In this document: positions 9,104 through 17,746 of the stretch, piece after piece
Layout of the letters: each line of letters begins with the position of its first letter
Numbering within the stretch: the stretch's first letter is position 1
Source of the DNA: Myxococcales bacterium
GTDB taxonomy: Bacteria > Myxococcota > Myxococcia > Myxococcales > Anaeromyxobacteraceae
Length of the DNA: 19,951 bases
Direction: 5' to 3'
Assembly (NCBI GenBank): GCA_038320275.1
Contig: JBBQEB010000063.1
Location: forward strand, 1-19,951
Notes under the pieces: model-generated
What the model was told of the DNA's origin: nothing
The model's database searches: none
Seen by the model: the letters and a program-made list of their open reading frames with translations, nothing else
Translations under genes and position numbers: made by a program

Positions 9104-9226
9104 CTAGTTCTTCTTGCCGCCCTTCCCCGCCGTCTTCTTGGCCGGGGCCTTCGACTTCGTGGTGGTCTTCGCCTTCGCAGCGGGCTTCTTCGCTGCGGTC
9201 TTCTTCGTTGCGGCTGCCTTTGCCAT
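9104..9226 (-). CDS. 40-aa Lys/Ala-rich, histone H1-like small protein
   Basis: MAKAAATKKTAAKKPAAKAKTTTKSKAPAKKTAGKGGKKN*. Strong SD (GGAGG at 9239..9235), all 14 Lys codons are AAG, TAG stop followed by a hairpin. Too short for the supplied ORF track. Confidence 0.82.
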   Translation of the reverse strand: MAKAAATKKTAAKKPAAKAKTTTKSKAPAKKTAGKGGKKN

Positions 9227-9381
9227 GGGTTCCCCCTCCGTACGGCGTCGAACTTCCGGTAAAGCGAGCTCAGGTTATCGCTCTCGGATCCGTTGTGCAA
9301 CTCGCCGAGTGCCTGAATTGCAGCACGATCCAAGCGGTATCTCCGGGCGCGGGGCGAGCGCCGGGCCGCCGACGCCGGAGC

Positions 9382-9402
9382 ACGTTGACGGACCGTCAAC
9401 GT
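9382..9402. promoter_or_regulatory. Perfect 21-bp palindrome, candidate transcription-factor operator
   Basis: ACGTTGACGG-A-CCGTCAACGT in the divergent intergenic region between the sORF and exbB. Confidence 0.55.
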
Positions 9403-9520
9403 CGGCAGAGCCGGTGGGCGCGGCGCGAACCGACGCGAAACGAGCCATTCCCAGCCACCTCGTCCTTGCTCCGGGACCGCGGGCGGCTTAACTAGCCCCC
9501 TCTCCAACCTCGGGTCCGGC

Positions 9521-10153
9521 ATGCTCACGCAGAAGCTTCTCGCGATCACCCACCTCGGCGCCGACTGGGTGCTCTGGGTCCTCGTCGCGCTCTCGGTCAT
9601 GTCGGTGGGCATCATGATCGAGCGCGCGATCTTCTTCCTCGCGCGTCGCCTCCCCGATCCGGATGGCATCTCGCGCCGGCTCCTGGCGGGGGATCTGGCC
9701 GGCGCCGGCAAGGCGGTGGAGGGCGTCATGGGGATGGAGGCCGACGTGGTCCGCGCGGCGGTGGAGCACGCAGGAAAGGGGCCCGACGCCGTGGTGGAGG
9801 TGGTGAACGCCCGCATGGAGCGCTCACGGCTCGACTACGAGCAGCGGCTCGCGTTCCTGGGGACGCTCGGCAACAACGCCCCCTTCATCGGGCTCTTCGG
9901 CACGGTGCTCGGCGTCATCCGCGCCTTCTCCGACCTCGCCTCGCACCCCGGTGCTGCGGGGGCGGGAACCGTCATGGCCGGCATCTCCGACGCGCTCATC
10001 GCCACCGCGGTCGGGCTCTTCGTCGCCCTGCCCGCCGTGATCATGTTCAACCTCTTTCAGCGCTGGGTGCGCCGGACCACGCAGCGATCCAGCGTGCTGG
10101 GGCACGCGGTGGTGGCCTGGCTCAAGGCGCCCGCCGGGGCACGGGGGGCCTGA
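9521..10153 (+). CDS. MotA/TolQ/ExbB proton channel family protein
   Basis: Three TM segments; LAFLGTLGNNAPFIGLFGTVLGVIRAF and GISDALIATAVGLFVALPA motifs. TGATG overlap with the next gene. Confidence 0.93.
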   Translation: MLTQKLLAITHLGADWVLWVLVALSVMSVGIMIERAIFFLARRLPDPDGISRRLLAGDLAGAGKAVEGVMGMEADVVRAAVEHAGKGPDAVVEVVNARMERSRLDYEQRLAFLGTLGNNAPFIGLFGTVLGVIRAFSDLASHPGAAGAGTVMAGISDALIATAVGLFVALPAVIMFNLFQRWVRRTTQRSSVLGHAVVAWLKAPAGARGA

Positions 10154-10566
10154 TGGCTGGCGTCGCGGGCGGAGGGGACGACGACGACATGATCAGCGGC
10201 ATCAACGTGACGCCGCTCGTCGACATCGTGCTCGTGCTCCTCATCATCTTCATGGTGACAGCCACCTACATCGTGCGCGAGGCCATCGAGGTGGATCTGC
10301 CGCGCGCCGCCCACGCCGGGGAGGCCACCGGCACCACCCTCGCCGTGGTCCTCACCAAGGACGGCGTCATCTACCTCGACGGCGTGCGCCGCACCGAGGC
10401 GGAGCTCGCCGCCCGCTCGCGCGAGGCGGTCGCGAAGGACAAGGACGCCCGCGCGATCATCAGTGCCGACAAGTCCGCGCTGCACGGAGCGGTGGTCCGC
10501 ATCATCGACGTGGTGAAGGGCGAGGGGATCTCCCGCTTCGCCATCAACATCGAGAAGGAGAGATGA
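10153..10566 (+). CDS. ExbD/TolR biopolymer transport protein
   Basis: INVTPLVDIVLVLLIIFMVT with the conserved TM Asp, plus VDLP and ISADK. Confidence 0.93.
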   Translation: MAGVAGGGDDDDMISGINVTPLVDIVLVLLIIFMVTATYIVREAIEVDLPRAAHAGEATGTTLAVVLTKDGVIYLDGVRRTEAELAARSREAVAKDKDARAIISADKSALHGAVVRIIDVVKGEGISRFAINIEKER

Positions 10567-11369
10567 CGGCCGGCGGCGGCCTGGCCGGGCAAAAGCCCCG
10601 TCCCGCGGCTCGCCGCGCTCCGATGGCGGTGGGCTACGGCGCGTCGGCCGTCCTCCACGCCGCGCTCTTTGCGCTCCTGCTGCGGGCGCCGGCCCCGGAG
10701 GAGCGCCGCTCCGAACCGGTGACGGTGGAGATCGTCGAGGTGGCGCCGCCGCCTACGCCGCCGCCCGCGCCACCCGAGCCCGAGCCCGCCCGGCCTCAGC
10801 CGGTGCGGGTGGTCCGGCCGCCCAAGCGGATCGCGAGCCTGCCTCCCCCGCCGCGCGACGCCCCTCCGCCACCGCCCGAGGCGCCCCCGGATGCACCGCC
10901 TCCACCGAACGACGCGCCGGCGGCCAAGCCCGGGCCGGTGCGGATCGGCATCTCGATGTCCTCCACCACCAGCACCGGAGGGTACGCCGCGCCGGTGGGC
11001 AACAGCCTGTACGGGAAGGCCCCGGAGCGCGCGACCGAGCCGGGCGAGGCGCGGCCGTACCGCTCGGACAGGTACGTCCCGCCCACGCAGGTCACCACGC
11101 TTCCGGAGGTGGTGAGCGGGAGCGCGCCTCGCTCGGAATATCCTCCCGAGGCGCGAAAGCTCCAGCGCGAGGCGCGCGTGAGGCTGCGCGTGTACGTGGA
11201 CGAGCTGGGGCGCGTGGCGCAGGCGACCGTGATCGCCGACCCCGGATTCGGCTTCGGCGAGGCGGCCGTGCGGGTGATGAAGCGCTACTACAAGTTCCGC
11301 CCGGCGCGCCGCAACGGCGAGCCGGTCGCCACCGAGATCCCGTTCACGGTGGTGTTCGAGCTGGATTGA
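10563..11369 (+). CDS. TonB-like energy transducer
   Basis: TM anchor with SxxxH (SAVLH), Pro-rich linker, TonB C-terminal domain (YPPEARK, VYVDELGRV, FRPARRNGEPV). ATGA overlap with exbD; alternative ATG at 10623. Confidence 0.88.
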   Translation: MTAGGGLAGQKPRPAARRAPMAVGYGASAVLHAALFALLLRAPAPEERRSEPVTVEIVEVAPPPTPPPAPPEPEPARPQPVRVVRPPKRIASLPPPPRDAPPPPPEAPPDAPPPPNDAPAAKPGPVRIGISMSSTTSTGGYAAPVGNSLYGKAPERATEPGEARPYRSDRYVPPTQVTTLPEVVSGSAPRSEYPPEARKLQREARVRLRVYVDELGRVAQATVIADPGFGFGEAAVRVMKRYYKFRPARRNGEPVATEIPFTVVFELD

Positions 11370-11397
11370 CGGGGTATGCCGCCCCGTTCCATCCAGC
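11360..11397. terminator. Imperfect hairpin between the convergent tonB-like and ROK genes
   Basis: Outer arms gctggat/atccagc and inner stem acgggg/ccccgt. No clear U-tract. Confidence 0.3.
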
Positions 11398-11420
11398 AAG
11401 GCTGGCTGGGACCCCTCCCG

Positions 11421-12383
11421 CTACTCCAGCAGCGCGGCCCCGATCACTCCGGCGTCGTCGCCCAGGAGCGCGCCCTCCAGCGTGACGCCCTGGCCCGCGC
11501 TGCGCGAGACGCGCACGGCATAGGACTCGCGCACCAGCTTCGCGAGCTCCGGGCAGCCCAGGACGACCCCGCCGCCCAGGATGACGCGGGCGGGATTGAG
11601 CAGGGTCACCATGCCCGCCACGGCCATCCCCAGGAGATCGGCCACCTCCTCCCACAGGGCCCGGGCGTAGGGATCTCCGTCTGCGAAGGCGCGGTCCACC
11701 GCGGTCGCGTTCACCCGCTGGAGGTCGCCGTCCACCAGGTCGCGCACGCGGGAGGCGGCGCCGGCCAGGAGCTCCTCGCGCACCCGGGCCGCGATGTGCA
11801 CGCCGCTCGTGTAGGCTTCCAGGCATCCCTGCTCGCCGCAACCGCAGGTGCGCACGCGCGTGGCCGGCCGCGACGGGCGGACCTTCACATGGCCCAGCTC
11901 GCCCGCCACCCCGCGATACCCCTCGTGCAGCCGCCCGCCGAGGATGAGCCCCGAGCCGACGCCCGAGCCGACGAAGACGAGGATGGCGTCGTCCACACCG
12001 CGCGCCGCGCCGAACCGCTGCTCACCCCAGGCCGCGACGGAGAGGTCGTTCGCGATGCGCACCTCCATCCCCAGCGCGTCCTGCAGCAGCTCGCCGAAGG
12101 GGACGTCGCGCCAGCCGAGGTTGGGGGCGTTGAGGACGACGCCGGTGGTGCCGAGACACTGGCCCGCGACGCCGACGCCCACCCGGCCGCAGCTCTGCGG
12201 CCGGCTGCCGTGGACGCTGCACGCCTCCGCGACCGCGCGGGCCACCAGCGCCGCCACGGCACGCGGCGAGCGGTCCAGGTGATGCTCCTTGTGCGCGGCG
12301 ACGATGGCGCCGCTCTCCCGGTCGACGAGCGCCGCGCGGGCGTTCGTTCCGCCCAGGTCCACGCCCAGCGCGAGAGACGCCAT
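11421..12383 (-). CDS. ROK family sugar kinase (glucokinase-like)
   Basis: GVDLGGTN, ANDLS, GSGVGSG, GELGH and the CGCGEQGCLEAY zinc motif; no N-terminal HTH. ATG 12383 overlaps the PMM/PGM stop (TGATG). Confidence 0.92.
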   Translation of the reverse strand: MASLALGVDLGGTNARAALVDRESGAIVAAHKEHHLDRSPRAVAALVARAVAEACSVHGSRPQSCGRVGVGVAGQCLGTTGVVLNAPNLGWRDVPFGELLQDALGMEVRIANDLSVAAWGEQRFGAARGVDDAILVFVGSGVGSGLILGGRLHEGYRGVAGELGHVKVRPSRPATRVRTCGCGEQGCLEAYTSGVHIAARVREELLAGAASRVRDLVDGDLQRVNATAVDRAFADGDPYARALWEEVADLLGMAVAGMVTLLNPARVILGGGVVLGCPELAKLVRESYAVRVSRSAGQGVTLEGALLGDDAGVIGAALLE

Positions 12384-13756
12384 CAGGCACCCAGCTCGGC
12401 CTTGAGCTCCTCCACCTTGCCCCGCACCAGCCGCTCGATGTCCGCGAGCCGCGCCTCGCTGGTGGCCTCGAAGCGCAGCACCAGCAGGGCCTGCGTGTTC
12501 GAGGCGCGGACGAGCCCCCAGCCGTCGGGGAAAGTGACGCGCACGCCGTCCACCGTGACGGACTCGTACCGGGAGGAGAACCACTCCTGCGCCCGTCGCA
12601 CCACCTCGAACTTCTTGTCCTCGGGGCAGTCCACCCGCACCTCGGGCGAGGCGTAGGTGCGCGGGACGTCGTCGAGGAGGGTGGAGAGCGGCGCCTGGGT
12701 GCGTGAGAGGAGCTCCAGCAGGCGGGCCGACGAGTAGACGCCGTCGTCGAAGCCAAACCAGCGGTGCGCGAAGAAGATGTGGCCGCTCATCTCGCCGGCG
12801 AGCAGCGCCCCCTCCTCGCGCATCTTGGCCTTGATGAGGCTGTGGCCCGCCTTCCACATGATGGGCCGCCCACCCTTCTTGGCGATGTCGTCGTAGAGGT
12901 TCATGGAGCACTTCACCTCGCCCACGATGGCCGCTCCCGGGCTCTCCTCGAGCAGCGCGCGCGAGAAGAGGATCATGAGCTGGTCGCCCCAGAGCACCTG
13001 CCCCTTCTCGTCCACCGCGCCCACCCGGTCGGCGTCGCCGTCGTAGGCGATGCCCAGGTCTGCCTTCACCTCCAGCACCTTCGCCTTCAGGTGCTCGAGG
13101 TTCTTCTCCACGGTGGGGTCCGGGTGGTGGTTGGGAAAGCGCCCGTCCATCTCCAGGAAGAGCGGCACGACCTCGATGCCCAGCTCGCGGAAGAGCGGCA
13201 CCGCGACCACGCCGCCCGTCCCGTTGCCCGCGTCCACCACCACCTTCAGCTTGCGGGGGCCGAGCTCCAGGTTCTTCACGACGTAGGCGCGGTAGGCCGG
13301 CACCACGTCGCGCGATTCGACCTCGCCGGCCCCGGTGGCGAACTTTCCCGATTCCACCAGCCGGCGGAGCTCCTGCACCTCGGCGCCGTGGAGCGTGGTC
13401 TTGCCCACCCCGAGCTTGAGGCCGTTGTACTCGGGCGGATTGTGCGAGCCCGTGATCATGCACAGCCCGTCCATCCCGGGGAGCGTGTGGGCCGCGAAGT
13501 AGACGAGCGGCGTCGGGACCACGCCGATGTCCACCACCGAGACCCCGGTGGCGCGCAGGCCCGCGATCATCCGGGCGGAGAAGCGCTCGCCGGAGAGACG
13601 GCAGTCGCGCCCCACCACCACCCGCGAGCCGCCGGCCTTGCGCACCAGGGTGCCGAGTCCCTTGCCGATGAGCTGGACCGCCCCCTCGGTGAGGTCCTGG
13701 TCGACCACTCCGCGGATGTCGTACTCGCGAAAGATCGTCGGTGAGACCGTCGTCAT
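12383..13756 (-). CDS. Phosphomannomutase/phosphoglucomutase (AlgC-like)
   Basis: FREYDIRG, TGSHNP phosphoserine loop, DGDADR metal loop, GEMSGH sugar loop and VRASNT. ATG 13756 is preferred (GAGG 9 nt upstream); alternative 13765. Confidence 0.95.
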   Translation of the reverse strand: MTTVSPTIFREYDIRGVVDQDLTEGAVQLIGKGLGTLVRKAGGSRVVVGRDCRLSGERFSARMIAGLRATGVSVVDIGVVPTPLVYFAAHTLPGMDGLCMITGSHNPPEYNGLKLGVGKTTLHGAEVQELRRLVESGKFATGAGEVESRDVVPAYRAYVVKNLELGPRKLKVVVDAGNGTGGVVAVPLFRELGIEVVPLFLEMDGRFPNHHPDPTVEKNLEHLKAKVLEVKADLGIAYDGDADRVGAVDEKGQVLWGDQLMILFSRALLEESPGAAIVGEVKCSMNLYDDIAKKGGRPIMWKAGHSLIKAKMREEGALLAGEMSGHIFFAHRWFGFDDGVYSSARLLELLSRTQAPLSTLLDDVPRTYASPEVRVDCPEDKKFEVVRRAQEWFSSRYESVTVDGVRVTFPDGWGLVRASNTQALLVLRFEATSEARLADIERLVRGKVEELKAELGA

Positions 13757-13782
13757 GGCAGGCATCCTCGTGCTCTCGGTGA

Positions 13783-13788
13783 ATAGTA
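13783..13788 (-). promoter_or_regulatory. Putative -10 box (TACTAT), internal promoter for PMM/PGM and the ROK kinase
   Basis: An AT-rich TANNNT match in an otherwise very GC-rich intergenic gap. No clear -35. Confidence 0.4.
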
Positions 13789-13820
13789 GCGCCGCCGGGC
13801 CGGCTCGCCCACCCGCGCGC

Positions 13821-14906
13821 TCACAGGAGATCTTCGCGCCCCCGGCGCTTCAGCTCTTCCACGGCCTTGCGGACGTCCTGGGCTCGATCGCGCGGACACA
13901 CCAGCACGGCGTCGCCGGCGTCGACCACCACCACCCCGTCCAGCCCTACCACCGCCACCGCCCGGCCGGACTGCGCCACGATGACGTTGCCGCTGCCGTC
14001 CACGACGAAGGCGTCGCCCAGGGCCACGTTGCCTTGCGCGTCCGCCTCGCGCACCTCAGGCAGCGCGGCGAAGGAGCCCACGTCGCTCCAGCCGAAGTCT
14101 CCCGGCACCACCGCGATGCGCTCGCTCTTCTCCATGACGCCGAAGTCGATGGAGATCGATTCACACTCGGGGAAGACCTTTCGCAGCGCCCGCGCCTCGC
14201 GTGCGGTGCCGACTGCTGCTCCGATGGCGTCGAGCTTCTCCGAGAGCTCCGGCATGAGCCGCCGGATCTCGCCCAGGATGACGTCGGCGCGGAAGACGAA
14301 GATGCCGCTGTTCCAGAGGTGGTCGCCCTGCGCCAGGTAGCGCTCGGCGGTCGGGCGGTCGGGCTTCTCGACGAAGCGCGCCACCTCCCGCGGCGCGAGC
14401 GCCCCTTTGCGCGTCGAGCCCCGAAGCCGCGCGCCCACCTGAAGGTACCCGTAGCCAATCTCGGGGCGGGTGGGCTTCACGCCGATGGTGACGATGGCGC
14501 CGCCCTCCGCCGCCTCGGCCGCAGCCGTCAGCGCCTCGCGAAAGCCTTCCGGATCTCCGATGTGGTGGTCGGCGGGCAACACCGCCATGACGGCAGTCTG
14601 CCCCCGCGCGGCGACGTGCAGCGCCGCCAGGCCGACGCAGGGCGCGGTGTTCCGGGCGCAGGGCTCCACGACGACGTTCTCCCGCGGCAGCCGCGGCAGC
14701 AGCTTGCGCACCGCCGGCGCGTGCACCGGGCCGCAGACCACGAACGTCCGAGAGGGCGGCGCGAGCTTCGCCACCCGCCTCACGGTGGCGACGAGGAGCG
14801 GCTCGTTCCCGGCCAGGGCCAGGAATTGCTTCGGGCGGGCCTTGCGCGAGAGGGGCCAGAAACGGGTTCCGGAGCCGCCCGCCATCACCACGGGAAAGAG
14901 CTTCAC
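13821..14906 (-). CDS. manC: Mannose-1-phosphate guanylyltransferase (monofunctional, no PMI cupin domain)
   Basis: VMAGGSGTRFWPLSR, PKQFL, EPCARNTAP, LPADH, GYGY, FVEKPD, WNSGIF, ISIDFGVMEK and WSDVGS. GTG start with GGAGG SD overlaps the Nudix stop (GTGA). Confidence 0.94.
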   Translation of the reverse strand: MKLFPVVMAGGSGTRFWPLSRKARPKQFLALAGNEPLLVATVRRVAKLAPPSRTFVVCGPVHAPAVRKLLPRLPRENVVVEPCARNTAPCVGLAALHVAARGQTAVMAVLPADHHIGDPEGFREALTAAAEAAEGGAIVTIGVKPTRPEIGYGYLQVGARLRGSTRKGALAPREVARFVEKPDRPTAERYLAQGDHLWNSGIFVFRADVILGEIRRLMPELSEKLDAIGAAVGTAREARALRKVFPECESISIDFGVMEKSERIAVVPGDFGWSDVGSFAALPEVREADAQGNVALGDAFVVDGSGNVIVAQSGRAVAVVGLDGVVVVDAGDAVLVCPRDRAQDVRKAVEELKRRGREDLL

Positions 14907-15493
14907 GCTTCCCTCCAGAGCTCGAGCAGCCGGTGAAGGACGCGCGCGGTGGCGCCCCAGATCGTCACCGCCGGCAGGCGATAGAAGTGGACGTCGTGCC
15001 ACTCGCCGTAGGCTTCGAAGCGCTCCACGCGGTGGACTCCTTGTCGCGTGAGCGCGGACAGCGGGACGTACAGGATCTCCTCCACCTCGCCGGGGTGGCC
15101 CGCGTAGGGATAGGGATAAGGCACCACCCCCGCCCATGGCGTCAAGCGGAAGCCGGAGACCAGCACCAGCGTCTCCTCGAGCTGGCCCAGGACGTCCACG
15201 CGCCCGCGATCGAGGGCGATCTCCTCCTCCGCCTCGCGCAGGGCGGCGTCGAGGGTCGACTCACCGGGCTCGATCCGGCCGCCCGGAAAGCTCACCTGCC
15301 CGGCGTGGCGCCGGAGGTCCTCGCGGCGCCGGGTCAGGATGACGTGCGGCTCTCCCTCCTGCACGTACAGTGGCACCAGCACGGCCGCGCGCTGGAGCCC
15401 TCCCTCCGGCAGCAGCTCGGGGCGGAGCGCGCCGAACGGATCGTCCGGGAGCTTCCGCTCGGCGAGCGCACGCCGCAGCCCTTCCAGCGTCAT
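14903..15493 (-). CDS. CoA pyrophosphatase-type Nudix hydrolase (NudL-like)
   Basis: AAVLVPL, LTRRREDLRRHAGQVSFPGG (CoA motif), Nudix box ALREAEEE and IWGATA. ATG 15493 overlaps the uppP stop (ATGA). Confidence 0.92.
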   Translation of the reverse strand: MTLEGLRRALAERKLPDDPFGALRPELLPEGGLQRAAVLVPLYVQEGEPHVILTRRREDLRRHAGQVSFPGGRIEPGESTLDAALREAEEEIALDRGRVDVLGQLEETLVLVSGFRLTPWAGVVPYPYPYAGHPGEVEEILYVPLSALTRQGVHRVERFEAYGEWHDVHFYRLPAVTIWGATARVLHRLLELWREA

Positions 15494-16374
15494 CGCACCG
15501 GCTGGCTCACGGCCGGCGCCTGAGACGGGGCTGGCGCCTCGTCGCTCGCGGGGAGGACGCCGCGCCAGATGAGGAGCGCGATGGCGACTCCGGCGAAGAC
15601 GCGCCAGGCGACGAACGCGTAGGTCGTGTGGGAGCGCAGGTAGCGCAGGAGCCAGCCGATGACGAGGTAGCCCGCGAAGAGGGAGACGAGCGTGCCGACC
15701 ACCGTGGCCGCCGCCCACGAGCCCTGGCCGCGAAGCGCCGGCAAGACCTTGCGGAGCTTGTAGAGCCCGGCGCCCAGGGTGATGGGCACCGAGAGGAGGA
15801 AGCTGAAGCGGGCGGCGTCCTCGCGCCGGAGACCGAGCGCCATCCCGGTGGTGATCGTCGCCCCGGAGCGCGAGGTTCCGGGCACGAGCGCCATGGCCTG
15901 CCCCACGCCGATGAGGAGCGCGTCGCGCAGCCGCACGTCGTCCACCGTGCGGCGGTGGGTGGCGAGGCGATCGGCGGCCAGGAGGACGAGCCCCCACACG
16001 ACCAACGAGAAGGCGATGGTCATGTTGCCGAGCGCCTCGATGCGCCGCTCCAGCAGCTTGCCCAGGATGGCGGCGGGAAGCGTGCCGAGCACGATGAGCC
16101 AGGCGAGGCGCGCCTCGGGGGTCTCGAGCGGCTTCCCCCGCGCGAGCCCACCCAGCGCCGCGCGCGCGAGCCTCCACAGATCCTCGCGGAAGTAGAGGAT
16201 GACGGCGAGGGTGGTGCCGGTCTGGATGATGGCGACGAACGCGCGGAAGCGGTCGTCGGCGAGGCTCTGGCCCAGGAGCTCGCCGAAGACGAGCAGGTGC
16301 GCGGTGGAGGACACGGGCAGGAACTCGGTGAGAGCCTGCACCAGCCCGAGCACCAAGGCGACGAGGAGCGTCAT
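15490..16374 (-). CDS. uppP: Undecaprenyl-diphosphate phosphatase (BacA/UppP)
   Basis: LGLVQALTEFLPVSSTAH and QAMALVPGTSRSGATI signature motifs, AARFSFLLSVP; polytopic membrane protein. Confidence 0.96.
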   Translation of the reverse strand: MTLLVALVLGLVQALTEFLPVSSTAHLLVFGELLGQSLADDRFRAFVAIIQTGTTLAVILYFREDLWRLARAALGGLARGKPLETPEARLAWLIVLGTLPAAILGKLLERRIEALGNMTIAFSLVVWGLVLLAADRLATHRRTVDDVRLRDALLIGVGQAMALVPGTSRSGATITTGMALGLRREDAARFSFLLSVPITLGAGLYKLRKVLPALRGQGSWAAATVVGTLVSLFAGYLVIGWLLRYLRSHTTYAFVAWRVFAGVAIALLIWRGVLPASDEAPAPSQAPAVSQPVR

Positions 16375-16383
16375 GCGTCGCGC

Positions 16384-16389
16384 ATCTTA
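16384..16389 (-). promoter_or_regulatory. Putative -10 box (TAAGAT) just upstream of uppP
   Basis: TAAGAT lies 9 nt before ATG 16374, with no SD. Confidence 0.45.
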
Positions 16390-16517
16390 CGGTGCCCCTG
16401 GGGGCGGCGCCACGAACCGGCCAGGCCCGGAGCGGCCACCCGCAGAACCGCGGGCACCCGCCAGACGACCCAACTCTCGCACCGGGGAATCCCGCGAAGG
16501 GATCCTTCCACCCGCGA

Positions 16518-17690
<1,173 letters not shown>

Positions 17691-17716
17691 GGAGGGTCCC
17701 CGGGGAAAGGGCCGCG

Positions 17717-17746
17717 AGGCTACGCGCCGGCGGCGAAGGCTGTCAA
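17717..17746 (-). promoter_or_regulatory. Sigma70-type promoter for metK
   Basis: TTGACA (17746..17741), 18-nt spacer, TAGCCT (17722..17717). The -35 contains the ptsI stop codon. Confidence 0.65.

Noticed and set aside
9403..9520. Cobalamin riboswitch, Fur box or sigma70 promoter upstream of exbB
   Set aside because: No B12-box or Fur consensus was recognised. TTGCTC (9466-9471) with TAACTA (9489-9494) is only a weak promoter match.
7554..9816. ORFs 7554..9107 (+), 8440..9816 (-), 8887..9495 (+) and 9114..9491 (+)
   Set aside because: They are shadow or off-frame readings of the NFACT gene and the Lys/Ala sORF. The hydrophobic 'AGFFAAVFFV' peptide is just the antisense of AAG/GCN codons.
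10740..10925. CCG-rich repetitive stretch
   Set aside because: It encodes the Pro-rich linker of the TonB-like protein and is not an independent repeat.
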